A stretch of DNA of 63,672 nt, counting the filler, from Sluysia triapertura (taxonomy: Eukaryota), in the NCBI GenBank assembly GCA_046118255.1. It is 5 parts of 5 records of this genome, joined end to end, with 100 filler letters (N's around TTAATTAATTAA, not from the genome) between each part and the next. Parts side by side here need not be neighbours in the genome. Positions count along the whole stretch, not along the records: positions 1 to 12,673 come from JBJNIA010090901.1; 4 more parts are not named here. The stretch is one strand, 5' to 3'. The translations under genes and the position numbers were made by a program. Positions 1 to 12,773 of the stretch are shown one piece after another (position 1 is the stretch's first letter; every line of letters starts with the position of its first letter). The notes under the pieces were generated by a model. The model saw only the letters and a list, made by a program, of their open reading frames with translations, did not search any database and was not told where the DNA came from.

Positions 1-205
1 ATCATACGTAACACGTTAACGGTACATCACACGTCAATCTCAATAGCGTATACTGACTTGTTTCTTTACAAGCTTTACAAGTAAGTCAATCACCGAAAAA
101 TTTGTAAAGCAGCTTATATGTGTACTTTCATCTTATTATCAACCGACATTAGAATTATCTCGTTTCAAGTTATCATTTCGTATATTCAACGACAATTATC
201 TTTCC

Positions 206-1048
206 TTGGAAAATATAACAAGAAAAATGACTACACGAAGTAATCAAGAATACAAAATCAAGGAAATGAACACATATGTAAATCATAATATGAGAAGATT
301 TCCAGGCTTGACAATTATACTCGACTCGTTGTGTACACTTAACCCTACGGTAAGCGATATGTCTAATCAATTAGGGAATAATCAAGAATATAGCCTAATT
401 ATTAGTACTATTAAAAGTATTTTCAAGAGTATGTTCAACAAATCTTCTTCTTATTATCCTACCAAGGAAGATATTCAAAGAATTGAAGATAATGCTAATC
501 AAATCGTGGTACACATACTTGAAGGTAACTGTCTAACATTTACTTTATATTTGTTTAACCATTTTGTTAATTATAAATTTGGTAAATTATATAATTATAT
601 TTTTGCTAGGTTCAATACTGTTTGGAAAATGGGACGCTGGACAGCCAGAGTGAATGGTACCAATAAAAACTCTAATATAAATAAAATTTTATTAAATATA
701 GCAGATTTTGTTTATTATTGTCTATTTGAATATAATTTTAATAATGCAATTAAGCTTATAACTAATGTAAATATCGAGAATAATAAATGTCTAAAATGTA
801 GTAATTCGAAACATGAGTTCAACGTTAATTGTTATACCATCAACCTAAATTTCTATCTTGAATTGAATAAAAGTTTAATATCGTTTGTCAATAATAATTC
901 AACCCGAATGCTTATCCTACTAACTTTTGAAACATTAAGACTCATGTTTTATAACAAAGAAGTTTTTTATTTTCGTATACTATGGTGTCTTAAACTACCG
1001 AGTGATTCATATTGTTCTAGCAAAATTTATTTAACGCCTCAACTTTAA
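206..1048 (+). CDS. hypothetical intronless ORF (280 aa), no recognisable family
   Basis: Long stop-free frame in very AT-rich DNA; non-ATG start in the ORF track; no motif recognised. Confidence 0.25.
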   Translation: MENITRKMTTRSNQEYKIKEMNTYVNHNMRRFPGLTIILDSLCTLNPTVSDMSNQLGNNQEYSLIISTIKSIFKSMFNKSSSYYPTKEDIQRIEDNANQIVVHILEGNCLTFTLYLFNHFVNYKFGKLYNYIFARFNTVWKMGRWTARVNGTNKNSNINKILLNIADFVYYCLFEYNFNNAIKLITNVNIENNKCLKCSNSKHEFNVNCYTINLNFYLELNKSLISFVNNNSTRMLILLTFETLRLMFYNKEVFYFRILWCLKLPSDSYCSSKIYLTPQL

Positions 1049-2829
1049 TATACATACTTTACGTATTCTCTGAGAGTTCAAGGTGTATCATCTTGCATCA
1101 ATCTAAATAACACCAATTTAGTTCAAAATTTGTCAATATTTTTAAACTTTCAAAAGAACTTAAATAATTTTAAAATTCAAAAATTACATTACCAAAATCG
1201 GTATCCTGACAGATCGTTTATAAAACCATTTCATCATTTGACACCAAAGTCACTATATGTCATCTTGGTCCATGGGCTAGTTACACAAAAGACCTTGTAA
1301 GTCATTGTGCAAAAAATACAATATAATACATAGTAGTAATAAAAATATAATAAAATTAATAATATAAGGGTCTGTTAAGTATTAAACCTAAAAAACTGCA
1401 AAGTAATTGGATTTATTAAAACTAAATTAGGAAATACTCGTCAAATTTATAAATTATCAAATGAATTTAACGAGACCACATTTGAAGAATGATGTAAGAA
1501 TATCAAAATTTTATTTTTATCATTTATCATGTATCACTTTTGCTCCTGCAAATATATTTTGGTTTAAGTTTTCTTTCTACGTTTATATAAAATTCTTTAT
1601 TTCGAATGTTTTTTATCTATTTATTTATTTTGAGAAGTTTAAAGCTGCTTTACGGCCTGGCGAAACTAAGTCAACTAAATTTAAACAACCAATTAATCCT
1701 TTAGAACAATAACAACTAAAGAACAAATGATTGATTAAACACAAAAGAAAAAATTTTAATCTAACTCATTTCTTGATCAATAAATAACATCGCGAACGGG
1801 AGAAAAATTACACTGATTGAATGAAGAAATTTGTTGCAATACAATATACACTCCATTATTTAATAATGTGTCTAACCAAAAATCAAATAATACAAAATTT
1901 TATAAACACTTGTATCACAAAAGATAGCTAAAACAGATACTGGATCAAGTGATAAAATTAAAATATTTAAAATCATATCAAGTAATTCTACACATACCTT
2001 TTCTGTGGTTCACGTTTCTTGATTGGTGAAATTTACTTTACATCCTGTTTATAGCTTCTTTTAAATTACTTTTGTGTATTATTGAAAGATGTAATTAATA
2101 TCGATAATTTTCCTTAATTTGATAAATAATTATGTTTTATGTAAGACTTCGCATAATTAATTTGCAAATCGAACGGCAATAAGGTCATCTATGCATTAAA
2201 TACTAAATCTTGAGCTATCGAAATTGAATACGGTTTAATTATTTGATTATTTGCAGATTAAAAAAGCAATATTCATCTATATATTACTTTTAAAATTCGA
2301 AAATATATTCATACTTAAAAATAGACTGAATAGTCGTTCTCATGTTATGAAGTAAGATTTTATTATTACTCTTTGGGAAGAATATGATGATATAATGAAG
2401 CTAGATTCATTGAAGCTCCGCGAAGCACAGATTTTAGTTATGGTGAAGCGTTCAAATATAATGCGTTTTCATGATACATAGTTTGAAAACCAGGCTGTTT
2501 CTGCAGTTAGAAACAGTGCTACTCTTCAGATAAAGATAACAGACTCAATTTGAAAACGAAATCTGTTGCAAAATGTTCAGAATTATGCAAGCTTGTGTGT
2601 CAATCCAGTTAGAAAGATAATCAAGGAAATGGATTGTGATTTAGATTATTTGCATAACAAGCTAATTTTTGTGGGTAATAATATTCTAAATCTAGTAATC
2701 GTTGACATCTTTTTTGTAACAGCTTACATTGTCTTTCATTTTTTCAAAATTAAAGAAATTTGTAAAGATCGATTTGATAGTTGTTTTTATTGTGGTGGCC
2801 AACCTTTCACTTTGAATAAATTTAATTAA

Positions 2830-3760
2830 AAATTGTCCTTTCAACACAACAAATCACACTCACCTTCAAAACCTACAATCCACATTCAAAAAATTCATTA
2901 TAAACACTTTCATATATAATTCAATATTAATATAATTAAAATCATATCTTTTTAACATCACAAAATTACCTTTTAATATCACCAAAACACAGTCTATAAT
3001 TTATCTAATTGACTTCTACGAAACTACTCCTTTTCAACATATTTGTAACTCACAATTTCTTAACATCCAAATAACCATCAATGTGCATTTAAAAAAATCC
3101 ACGTAAAACATTTATACCATTTTAAATACTGAAATCATAAGATCTCAACACTACAACATTTAACCTTCTTTAGCTACTTTAAACAGATTTTAATATCTCA
3201 AGAAATATTAAAGAATATATTATCTCAAAATATTCAAGTCATACGTTTTCACCACCCAAACCCATCTTCAATCAAAAACATTAAATAGCGCAATATAAAA
3301 ATTACAGTTAAGTTTAAAGTTCTATAATATTCAGTTATTTTAAGAGTTCCAAATATGTTGAGAAAGTTAAGATTCAAAAAGCAAGCTCATGTTTTATATA
3401 AAATAAAGGAATTTATGTATTTAGTGATAATAGTAATAATAATAACACTCCTGTTATTATTACTATCATTATTTTTATTTTTATTTTACATTATTATTAC
3501 GTCATCATTAATCGTAAATTGGTAGCTGCCATCATCGATAGTCACATTTTGATTTACATATGTTATCGATTTATTGAATTACACTGCTGTCGATGATAGT
3601 TGTGTTAACATTATCACAAATCATTTCTCTTATTGTGCACATCAAATTTGGCTCGTATTATTACTGGTTGTCCAACCAGATTCAATTTCAACACTACTTT
3701 TAAATATCTCTGGTTGGACAACCAAGCAGAATTATCTCTTCCTCACCAGATTATAGAAAA
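2830..3760 (+). repeat. repeat family A upstream module, copy 1
   Basis: Shares TTGGTAGCTGCCATCATC, ATATGTTGAGAAA and the dyad palindrome with the reverse complement of ~53700-54420. Shares GAATTTATGTA...AATAATAA and the palindrome with the reverse complement of ~23520-24250. Boundaries approximate. Confidence 0.75.
3665..3724. promoter_or_regulatory. perfect 16-bp inverted repeat whose arms are themselves dyads
   Basis: TGGTTGTCCAACCAGA (3665-3680), 28-nt spacer, TCTGGTTGGACAACCA (3709-3724); lies 165 bp upstream of the ATG at 3889. A regulatory role is inferred. Confidence 0.6.
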
Positions 3761-3888
3761 ATACCAACAGGCCAATCAAGGCAAGACTAAAATTAAACAC
3801 AAACAATAACAAATGATTATTCATAAAAAATTAAAAAACAAACTAAATAAGCTAAATAAAAATCATTATTAAGCAAATACAAGTTCTA

Positions 3889-4924
3889 ATGATTGAAGCT
3901 AATGTTAAATCAACGATGTTAATCAACAGAAATCGTACAATACAACTTAATGTTTTCGAATTCTTCTCTAATTTAAAAGTAAAAGTATCTCTGGATGTCA
4001 TTACTAATCAACTTCAAGATGAGTTCGACTATTTTAAAAGTCAAGAATTAATGAAAGCTATTAGAAAGGTCAATACTGATAATATAAGTTTCTTTTATTT
4101 GCAACCATTATTCAACTATGCGGATCAAAATCATGTTAATGAAGATAGTTATGAATGGGAAGCTGTTGTTTTTAAAACAAATCAGAAAGATCGATCGAAA
4201 GGCAATGTAAAAAAAGAAATTTCGAGAAATGATGTCAAGCAAGAAAATATCATTAAGTCAATGTACCTGGTAAAAGCAGATCTACAACAACCAGTTAAAT
4301 TATTACTCCCATTGTTAGTGAGGATATGTTTGCGACAATTTTGTGGTCTCCAAAATCATTCAAGCTGGCAACACGGTGATCCTGTTTTTTTACATCATGA
4401 ATCTAAGTATACAGTTTCTAAACAGCAAATATTCAATTGATTTTCAATTTAACAATTTAAATACATTATGTATTCACGTATTCAACAAAGTTAGTCCCGG
4501 AAACCAAGGAAACCGAATCGTTGTTTATCTTTTAAAGTTAGAGCATTCTTCGAATCTCATATTAAGAAATGCGATTATACGAAAACCAGAAAGTCAAGGA
4601 AAGTCATTACAGCCATACTCGCCAGCAAGCCGAGCTATTACGTCGTTTACTGAAGAAAATGGAAAAGAACTATCAGAATTAACCAAAGAAACCATGACTA
4701 CAATCGACACTCATGCTCTGTATTTCGAACACGAAGTAAACAATTTATATAATTTTATAAACAATATATTAATAAGTGATTTTTATTCAGAAGTGCGAAA
4801 ATTTCTAAGTGACGTCTACGCGACTAAAATAATTTATGATATTAATGTAATAAATAGAATTTTTCATAACAAGGATTTTGTTTTTATTAATTGTATTTAC
4901 ATGATTTTAAAAGTCAAAAATTAG
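3889..4924 (+). pseudogene. family A gene, frameshifted (ORFs 3889-4440 and 4343-4924)
   Basis: Two overlapping ORFs after the palindrome. Weak by-eye similarity: FYLQPLFNYADQNHVNEDSYEWEAVVF vs KYVDSIITSVDDYNSFQDTQTQRAVLI in ORF 52234-52941. Confidence 0.4.
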
Positions 4925-5737
4925 AATAGATTAAAAGATTTCCTTAATATTCATAAATTAAATTCTATTAAAAAGGTAATTGTTGAAAGAATAAATTCAA
5001 ATAAAATAACATCCCAACATTTATAATTATATTATTGTACGCAAGATTAAAGTAATGTGAAACTTTAGTGTTATTACATTCGAAATATTCGATTTAGGTT
5101 GCATTTGTGCAGATGAAGTACAACCTATATCAAGACACTCACAAAACTTCAGATTTTTAAATAATTTTGATTATGAACCATTTTATAAAGGTATTGATTT
5201 TTTTAAAAATATTAATGCTTTTTATAATTGTATAATTAACAAGAATTTGTAATAAAAATGATTTATACTATTTTATTATCTTTTATGCAAGATGTAATCA
5301 TGATATTAATTTTAAAAATATTATGGTACACACATACATAATTGGTTTTAAATAAGATTTCATGTCTAAACTTAAAACTAACAATTTAAGTTCTGTGTAA
5401 TTTAAAAAAATTCTTATATTCATAAAAATATTTTAAAGTTGTGAATAATTTCATTAAAAGATTTAGTAATTCAGCAATTCTATATTGTCGCAATATTTAA
5501 TGTTAATGTTTGTAAAGGTTTTGAAGTTTTTAATGATATTGATAATTCTTTTAACCAATGACCTTCAAAATAAATGCTCTTATCCATTTTAAAGTCTATA
5601 AATTACTGTATATTTTTATTAGTAAATTTTATCGTTTAATATATGTGAACAATCACATCGAAACATGAACACTTTAATTTGACGAATTATATTGGTTTCT
5701 TGGTAAGATTTAGAAATTTTTTAATCTCATTCGATCA

Positions 5738-5871
5738 AAATGTTACCCTTGGGGACTATTATAAGTCCTGTATTTGTTTGTATGACCATCAATATAATTT
5801 TAATAAATGTTACCCTTGGGGACTATTATAAGTCCTGTATTTGTTTGTATGACCATCAATATAATTTTAAT
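5738..5871. repeat. perfect tandem duplication, 2 x 67 bp
   Basis: AAATGTTACCCTTGGGGACTATTATAAGTCCTG...ATAATTTTAAT repeated at 5738 and 5805. Confidence 0.9.
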
Positions 5872-6473
5872 ATTTGATTTTAATTGATAAAAAAGATAAA
5901 ACTTATAAAGATAAATGTTTCGTATTTATTGATATGACTAATAATAAATCTCAGTTTTAAGGAAAAGTGCCTTAAGCACTACATTAAAACATTTGTTAAT
6001 CAATACAAAGCTAAATTAACTATAAATTTATAACCAACATTTACCCCTTTTCTTAATAATACATTTTAAGGTTGATGTGTGATGAGATTGTTGGTGGTAT
6101 TAAAGTTTGTAATGATGTGAATATGTAATAGTAGGAAGTTGTACATAGTTGATGTTTGAAAATAAAGCATATATATCGTATTTATTCTAATATATAATCT
6201 ATCATTGTTATTGGTATTGACATCACTAGTATTGTTATTATTATCATTATTAACAACTTATTAAGTGTTGTAAGCAGATACAAGAAATACAATTTCTTAA
6301 TTATGAGCTCAATGTTGTTTCTTGGCACTGTACGATGCAACAATACGTTAATTTGGCACTTGGAAAAAGCTTAACTCATGTGTAAAGTAATAATTGAATT
6401 ATAAAGAAAATTTTATTTAGCTTTACTACTTATTGTTTTATTAATAAATAAATAATAGATCATTAAAAATAAC

Positions 6474-6782
6474 CTTAGTAAAGCAATCTTCCCAGTGTGA
6501 ACCAGACAAATATATCATATCTGAGATAGACAATGAATTGTGCAGAATATTGATTGCATGTGATGAAATGGCGGGTCTAACGTCGCTACATAATCGTGCC
6601 ATACCTTGTAGAAGGGGACACCAGCATTTGCTCCACAACTGATCGTATAAGGCTGTTTCTTTGTTCTTAGAAGCAATTCCAGACACATCGACTTCATTAT
6701 CTTCTGACTGGTGATTTTCGTTGTTCCATTCTAAGTATATCTTTTTAGCACGACAATGTAACGTATTCATGAGCAAAGACAG
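6474..6782 (-). CDS. GBF1: GBF1 (Golgi brefeldin A-resistant Arf GEF) exon, HDS region
   Basis: LMNTLHCRA...LWSKCWCPLLQGMARLCSDVR...WEDCFTK matches the GBF1 motif LMHTLH...CWCPLLQGIA.LCCD.R; AG/GT boundaries, phase 0. Confidence 0.9.
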
Positions 6783-7479
6783 CTTAATTAAATAATAATA
6801 ATAAGATTGTTGAGTATAAAATTAATATTTATAACAAATAATCCATTTTTGTGTTACTTGACACTTGCGTGATGGTGCACAAAATGCACAAAATTTCGAT
6901 TGCTTACACTCTCCAGCAAGAACTCGATAATTATTTTCAAACGTCAATAAAAACAAAGTTAGTCGAAAACTATGCATCTCTTAAAAACCTTACAGTTAAA
7001 AACTTCTCATGTATAATTATTGATTGAGAAAAACTAAATCACATCGAGTGTTCACATAATTCAATGGTGTTTAAGATGCTTTTGTGCTTTTGATGAATTT
7101 CCATTTTCGGTTTTTATTGTGTCACAAACGTCGCAGACTCAAAACCATTTTAAAGATAGAAAAATTTCTAAAAATCCTCTGATTATCCTTTGTGGACTTT
7201 TAGGGCGAATGGCATGGTCAAAGATGTTAACAATATGTAGTATGTTAGTATGTACGACATACACAAACATGCGCAAAGTAATTGTAGCTATGCTTAAGCG
7301 AAACAGACAAGACAGAGCGCGCACTATGCCTCAGTACTGATGTTTCTGTTTTATTGGTGTAACAATGTATTTATACGCAACCAATCGTTTTATTGGTAAT
7401 TGCAACATTCTAAAAATATAACTGACTAATTCGGGACAGTGTACTAAAATAAAATTCATAAAATTTGAAAAGATCTTAC

Positions 7480-7740
7480 TTGAGCTGAAAACTTGTACGC
7501 CAATTGTTCATTGTCTTCGTTAAATTCGGTAAACATTTCTGCGGTATTTTTCTTTTGATTATTTTGTCGATGTTGTGTATGGAAATTTTGATTGTACGAC
7601 TTGGTAGAACGTGTGCGAATGGAGTGATATTTTCGTGAATACTCGGGGGAAACTTTTTGTTTTTCACTGTTATTATTTGGATGAGTTGCAGGACAACGGA
7701 CACATGCTTCAGCGAATATTCTCAACGTATGTACACAAGC
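7480..7740 (-). CDS. GBF1: GBF1 exon
   Basis: ACVHTLRIFAEAC matches GBF1 LCVKTLRIFVEAS; 261 bp, tag|GCT ... CAA|gtaag; in phase with both neighbouring exons. Confidence 0.85.
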
Positions 7741-8747
7741 CTAAATTACAAAAATCATTGTTTTCGGTAGGTTTAAAGATTTTTATAACTCAAAATCAGT
7801 ACTTATCCGAGATTTTATTGTTTTTTGTTACTTAAGATAATTTATATATAAGTAGAACTTCCTACAGATTGTGTCTTTAAATGGATGAGTTGCTTTTTGT
7901 GATAGTGATGTATCAAATGAATTGCAGTCTACGTTGTTTTTCTGGTCGAAATGTAATCACACTTATCATCACATCATCATCATCATCATCAAGAACAGGT
8001 GATTCAACCTGAATTTCGCAAATCATTTGTGTGACATAAAACCACATTTCAACTTCAATGTACAGAAAATGGAAGTAAGAAAAAGTATATCTGTACTTTA
8101 TGGTATTTAACATAGTTTTTGCAAGATTTGCTCCCTGAAGTGCAAAAGATATTTTCTCTTTAAAATTATCTTTTGTTCCTCTATAAACTTGTACAGATTT
8201 ACCAATATGCAACAGTTCTTTTTTCTGCCCTTCGTATTCTTCATATGATTACGAATACAAGCATTTCTTGAATTTATCCAATTGAACTCTCTAGAAACTA
8301 GCCGTTTAATGTATTTAATAGTAAAAATAGGTCCACTGGAAAAAATGTCTCTTAACAATAAAAAACAGCCATACATACTTTTTTAATTTATTATTACAAT
8401 ATATGAATGCTGAATACGTGTAGATTCTGATTTGTCGAATATACTAAAGTAATAACAAAATCTTAAAAGTTTATAATTTCCAACATTAAACCCAAAAGAA
8501 ACATCTATTTGCATAAATGCCACTTCTTCGCCATGTTTTTCAAGTTCTACCAAAAATTCAATTAAATTACTTTGGGCAGCTTTTTTAAATTTTAAATATT
8601 CTTTCGTATAGACTATTTTCCACTTTTCTTATTCGAAACACTTGCAATCATTCCATCTTTGGCACTAGATACTAACAAAGCCATTTTCATCCATAATCTT
8701 CTTTTCTGATTGTATAATTAGCAATCTTGATTCGGAAGGCTGCTTAA

Positions 8748-8879
8748 CACATTATGATCGGGAAGCCTAACAGACCTAACTAGAGTGCGTAGCGTGCAAA
8801 AATAGGAAGATATGCAAAATATTATTTAAGTGCCATTCCACAAAACAATACTAATACCAGCCTCGCTCATCAGAATGTG
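8748..8879. mobile_element. piggyBac-like MITE (132 bp)
   Basis: TTAA on both sides (8744-8747, 8880-8883); imperfect TIRs CACATTATGATCGGGAAGCCT / AGCCTCGCTCATCAGAATGTG. Confidence 0.7.
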
Positions 8880-9206
8880 TTAATGTAATTATAACATTTG
8901 TTTAAAACTTGTTTTTGAGATCGAGTTCTAATGAAAAATGGATGATAATATTCTCTGTAAAATGCATTGATAATTCTTCATAGTAAATTTGTGGCCAATA
9001 TTTAAATTAAGTTCATTAATGTTATTTTCATTATCTGATATTTGCTTTATCATCTAAAATTAAGGTTAGAATATTTAAAATATAATTATAAATAAAAATC
9101 CATTCCCTAATAACTTTTCTATATTTTCAATTGACAAACAAATAATAAACAATTCACTTACACATGTCGTATGTTTAAATAGTCAATTGTACTCAATCAA
9201 TAAATG

Positions 9207-9510
9207 CAGTGGTGATCAAATTATTAGATTAAAATAGAAAAAATATGTTTTTATTAGGTTTTCTTAATATTTGCTACTCTGGCTGCCTGGGAACTCTCCA
9301 GACATGAATCACATAGAAAATCTGTGGTAGATTGTCAAAAGAAGGGTTTCTATCCATAAAATAATCACCAAGACGGAACTTATTGAAACCCTGATAAAAG
9401 TATGGCATTACAATGACGAGATCAAAGATTTGTGCCCCTAGCTCATCCGTGGCTTGTCTTTAAGGATGAGAAAATTATTTGATAATAAAGGAGGGCAAAT
9501 AAAGTACTAA
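9207..9510 (+). mobile_element. Tc1-family transposon remnant (transposase C-terminus with stops)
   Basis: 9271-9510 translates WLPGNSPDMNHIENLW*...DNKGGQIKY*, the Tc1 WP.NSPDLNPIENLW and GG.TKY motifs; Tc1-like end CAGTGGTGATCAAA at 9207. Confidence 0.85.
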
Positions 9511-10271
9511 TACAACAGCTTGTACATATTTGATTTGTAGTAAATTGTGTTATCACATTCAACTTTTATTCTATTATTTTACATTCACCAGAATTTTTTG
9601 GAGAAAGTAGTTATTTTCCGTGACAATGTTTTATACACTTTTGATTAATAGTTTCATAGTATCCTTGAAAAATATTGAATTTTATCACAAAAATGGTCTT
9701 TCGTCCAATAATTTCGCCGTATCCATGAAATTATGCACAATATTATTAATTTTAATCTCTCTTTTGTTTCTCATCCCACTAGATCTTCAACAGGTTTTCA
9801 TCGCCAAGTGATGATTGCGACCATTCTTAAATAAGAGTGTCATGTACTTTGAAGTCTTAGATAATTTATTCAACTGTACATTGTTTCTCACTAAATGCTT
9901 GATTACGTTTCTGTATTCCACTTCTTCATTCATCGTAATTAAAAATTTTGAAAATATTATTATAAAAGTACATATAATTATATTTGCATTTTAATTTTTA
10001 GTTCTACATCTACTTTATTTCTATGGTAGTTACATTATTTATCGTCTGTGTGAAATCTCTATTGCATTTTAAAAAAATTCTGCATCTTGAATGCGACCAT
10101 TTTTATTAAAAATGCGTATTCGACATTAAGACAGCCGTAAAATATAAAACCGGTATGAATTAATTATTGAAAAGTGATTATCAAACTCGAATTTCATTTT
10201 GTAATACGATTAATAATTAGACTGAAGACACTTTTATTTACCATTTCGAAATATATTTGAATCATTTATTA

Positions 10272-10740
10272 TCAGGTTGGCGCATAAATTCATGCGGTTT
10301 TATTTGTTGCCAAGAAAACACACCGACTTCTCGTTTGAGTTACATTCATTCAGCTGAATAATCTATTTAAATCATTTTAGACTAACTTCCACTTTCATTA
10401 CCCTCATTAAAATGAAGTGTCAAGTAGATAAAAATGAACATTTCCGACATCTACTCCTTTTCTATTTTAATCAACATGTCGAACCATCTTTCTGGTATCA
10501 CATTTGATATCGAAGAATTTTTCGACCAAAAATCAACAAGCTTCTTCAAACTTGAGATTGACAAACTGACAGAACGGTGAAATGAAGTTATCGATTGTGG
10601 CGATGAATATCTCACCGATATTTGTTTTTTCTAATGATTTAATAAATTGTTATCTGGAATTTTTTTGCACGGTTTTTATTCTTGATCAGTATGCATTTTT
10701 CATAATTGTAAAAAACCTCACAACTTATGCACCGACCCAT
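10272..10740 (+). mobile_element. internally deleted mariner element
   Basis: TA-flanked; mariner-type TIRs (TCAGGTTGGCGCATAAATT...GCGGTTTT and its imperfect inverse); N-terminal MKCQVDKNEHFRHLLLFYFNQ joined to C-terminal EFFDQKSTSFFKLEIDKLTER*NEVID. Confidence 0.85.
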
Positions 10741-10877
10741 TATATTCCAAAAAATTTTTCTAAATCTTTAAATTTAATAAGGGTTTTGTTGGCGTACAAA
10801 AACGTTTTCGTCATGGAAATATGTAAATATTAAGTTAATTAAATGTATTAATGGGTTAATAATTTAAAAGCACTTAC

Positions 10878-11045
10878 CTCGAAATTTGTCGGTGTAATAT
10901 GTGCAGGATCATTGATAAGGTAGGACAACAATTCACACGACTTTTCGATGGCAAGAACATCTTTAAAAGCAAAGTCAACGTTATTCATTGTAATATTAAA
11001 TTGATTAACTTGAGGTAAATATTCGGAATATAATGTAACGTTAGG
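10878..11045 (-). CDS. GBF1: GBF1 exon (5' part lost in N gap)
   Basis: VNQFNIT...KSCELLSYLINDPAHITPTNFE|gtaagt matches GBF1 KCVESLSFIVRDAAHITPDNFE. Confidence 0.85.
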
Positions 11046-11176
11046 NNNNNNNNNNNNNNNNNNNNNNNNNNNNNNNNNNNNNNNNNNNNNNNNNNNNNNN
11101 NNNNNNNNNNNNNNNNNNNNNNNNNNNNNNNNNNNNNNNNNNNNNNNNNNNNNNNNNNNNNNNNNNNNNNNNNNNN
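11046..11176. other. assembly gap (N run, no linker)
   Basis: 131 N inside the GBF1 gene. Confidence 0.99.
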
Positions 11177-11302
11177 TCTTATTGTTAGTGCATGTTTCTA
11201 CAATAGAGCACGTCTGAACTGTATTCTTATGTAAGAACTGTAAGAACTGTATTCTTATGTGTATAAACTATTAAGAAAGTATCAAAATAAAAACTCATTG
11301 AC

Positions 11303-11560
11303 CTTCAGTATCCGGTGGAACTAGAACCCATTTATTACTTTCATTGGAATTTGAATCTAGATTGGTAACAATATCCAGAGACGCCAGACTAGATGCTTTA
11401 TAAAAAAGTTCACTGTCACTTGTATAACCACGCTGTTCTGTATCGTTGCCAGATGATACTGTTTCTTTGGTAACATCACTACCACTAGTACCAGTCATAG
11501 CTTGCTGTGGAATATCTTCAACACTGGTACTCAATTCTTGACAACGTTCCGTAGATATAA
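11303..11560 (-). CDS. GBF1: GBF1 exon (donor position uncertain)
   Basis: Contains RGYTSDSEL, matching GBF1 RGYTSDSEV; acceptor tttttag at 11561. Confidence 0.75.
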
Positions 11561-12673
11561 CTAAAAATAGTCAAAATAAATTTATTGACATCTATGATTG
11601 ATAAGTTGAGCAGAAATAAAATAAACTGCAAGTTTACTCACATAATTTTATTTTATGTGAAAAAGTAATGTTTGTGAATATATGATGACTCATTTTATAA
11701 ATCTTTCGCGGTCATTATAAAATATTTACAAGAAACTTGTCGAGGTAATTTAAAATTGAATCTTCAAACTCATGAACAAGGAATCGCGTTAGCATTTTGA
11801 AAATCGATATTAGACCATGAAAAAAGAAACAAATGTTTAAATTCGGTTTAAACACAACAATCTGCAAAATTAACTGAGTTACAAGATTATTTCAAAGAGA
11901 TTGAAAATCTGTTGAATCTGTCGATGAAACTAAGATTTATTTAACCATTAGAGAAGTTCAGATCTCAACAATATCTATCTGTATAAGTGATCTTCATTTA
12001 ATAGAATTTTTCTTTTGCATAAATGTTACTATTTCATAGCAGAGGTCCAACTTTTCTTCTCTCACTTACTCTGAAAAGAGACATACAGAATCAAGCCACC
12101 ACATTATTTATTTGTTCCCCTTATAAATCCACCTAACTTAAACAGATAAGTAGAATTTCTCAAGTAAAACTGATATCTGTTTTACACTTATTTTAGAACT
12201 AAATAATTCTATTCTGAAATGATCAATCTAAATGCTTTGTACTTAATGCAATTAGATTTTGAACTGAATTTATAATTAAATTACTGAAAACCAGGTTCGT
12301 CACAATCTTCACGTCATTTATTCGTCATTTTAATTGTATTATCAAATACTGCGCTTTTATTGATTATTTAACTTATTAAGCACTTAAACAAAGACTGAAG
12401 GACACTCAATGAAAGATAATATTGCGCATGCGCTTGACGTATTGATGAATTTTTATACGAACTTGATAAAAACAAAGGCACTTCAATATGAGCTTCAGCT
12501 GAAAAATCGAATAGTAATATATTAATAAAATAATATATTAATTTATATTGCGCTCATATCTACTAAAAAGTAAGTATTCAAAAGCACTTAAAATAATTCT
12601 GAAACAGAAACAACTTTGCCTTTTTCTTAAATATTTCATAATCTTCCAGTAATTTGACATTCTCTGGTAGTAC

Positions 12674-12773
12674 NNNNNNNNNNNNNNNNNNNNNNNNNNN
12701 NNNNNNNNNNNNNNNNNTTAATTAATTAANNNNNNNNNNNNNNNNNNNNNNNNNNNNNNNNNNNNNNNNNNNN
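12674..12773. other. artificial contig linker
   Basis: 44 N + TTAATTAATTAA (stops in all six frames) + 44 N. Confidence 0.97.

Noticed and set aside
7913-8700. Possible transposase fragments in the GBF1 intron
   Set aside because: Coding-like but no convincing DDE or other family motif could be read.
12424-12433. NRF1-like palindrome GCGCATGCGC
   Set aside because: Single short motif with no identifiable gene start nearby.
12718-12729. TTAATTAATTAA as a biological motif
   Set aside because: Always centred in exactly 44+44 N; a six-frame stop linker added during assembly processing.
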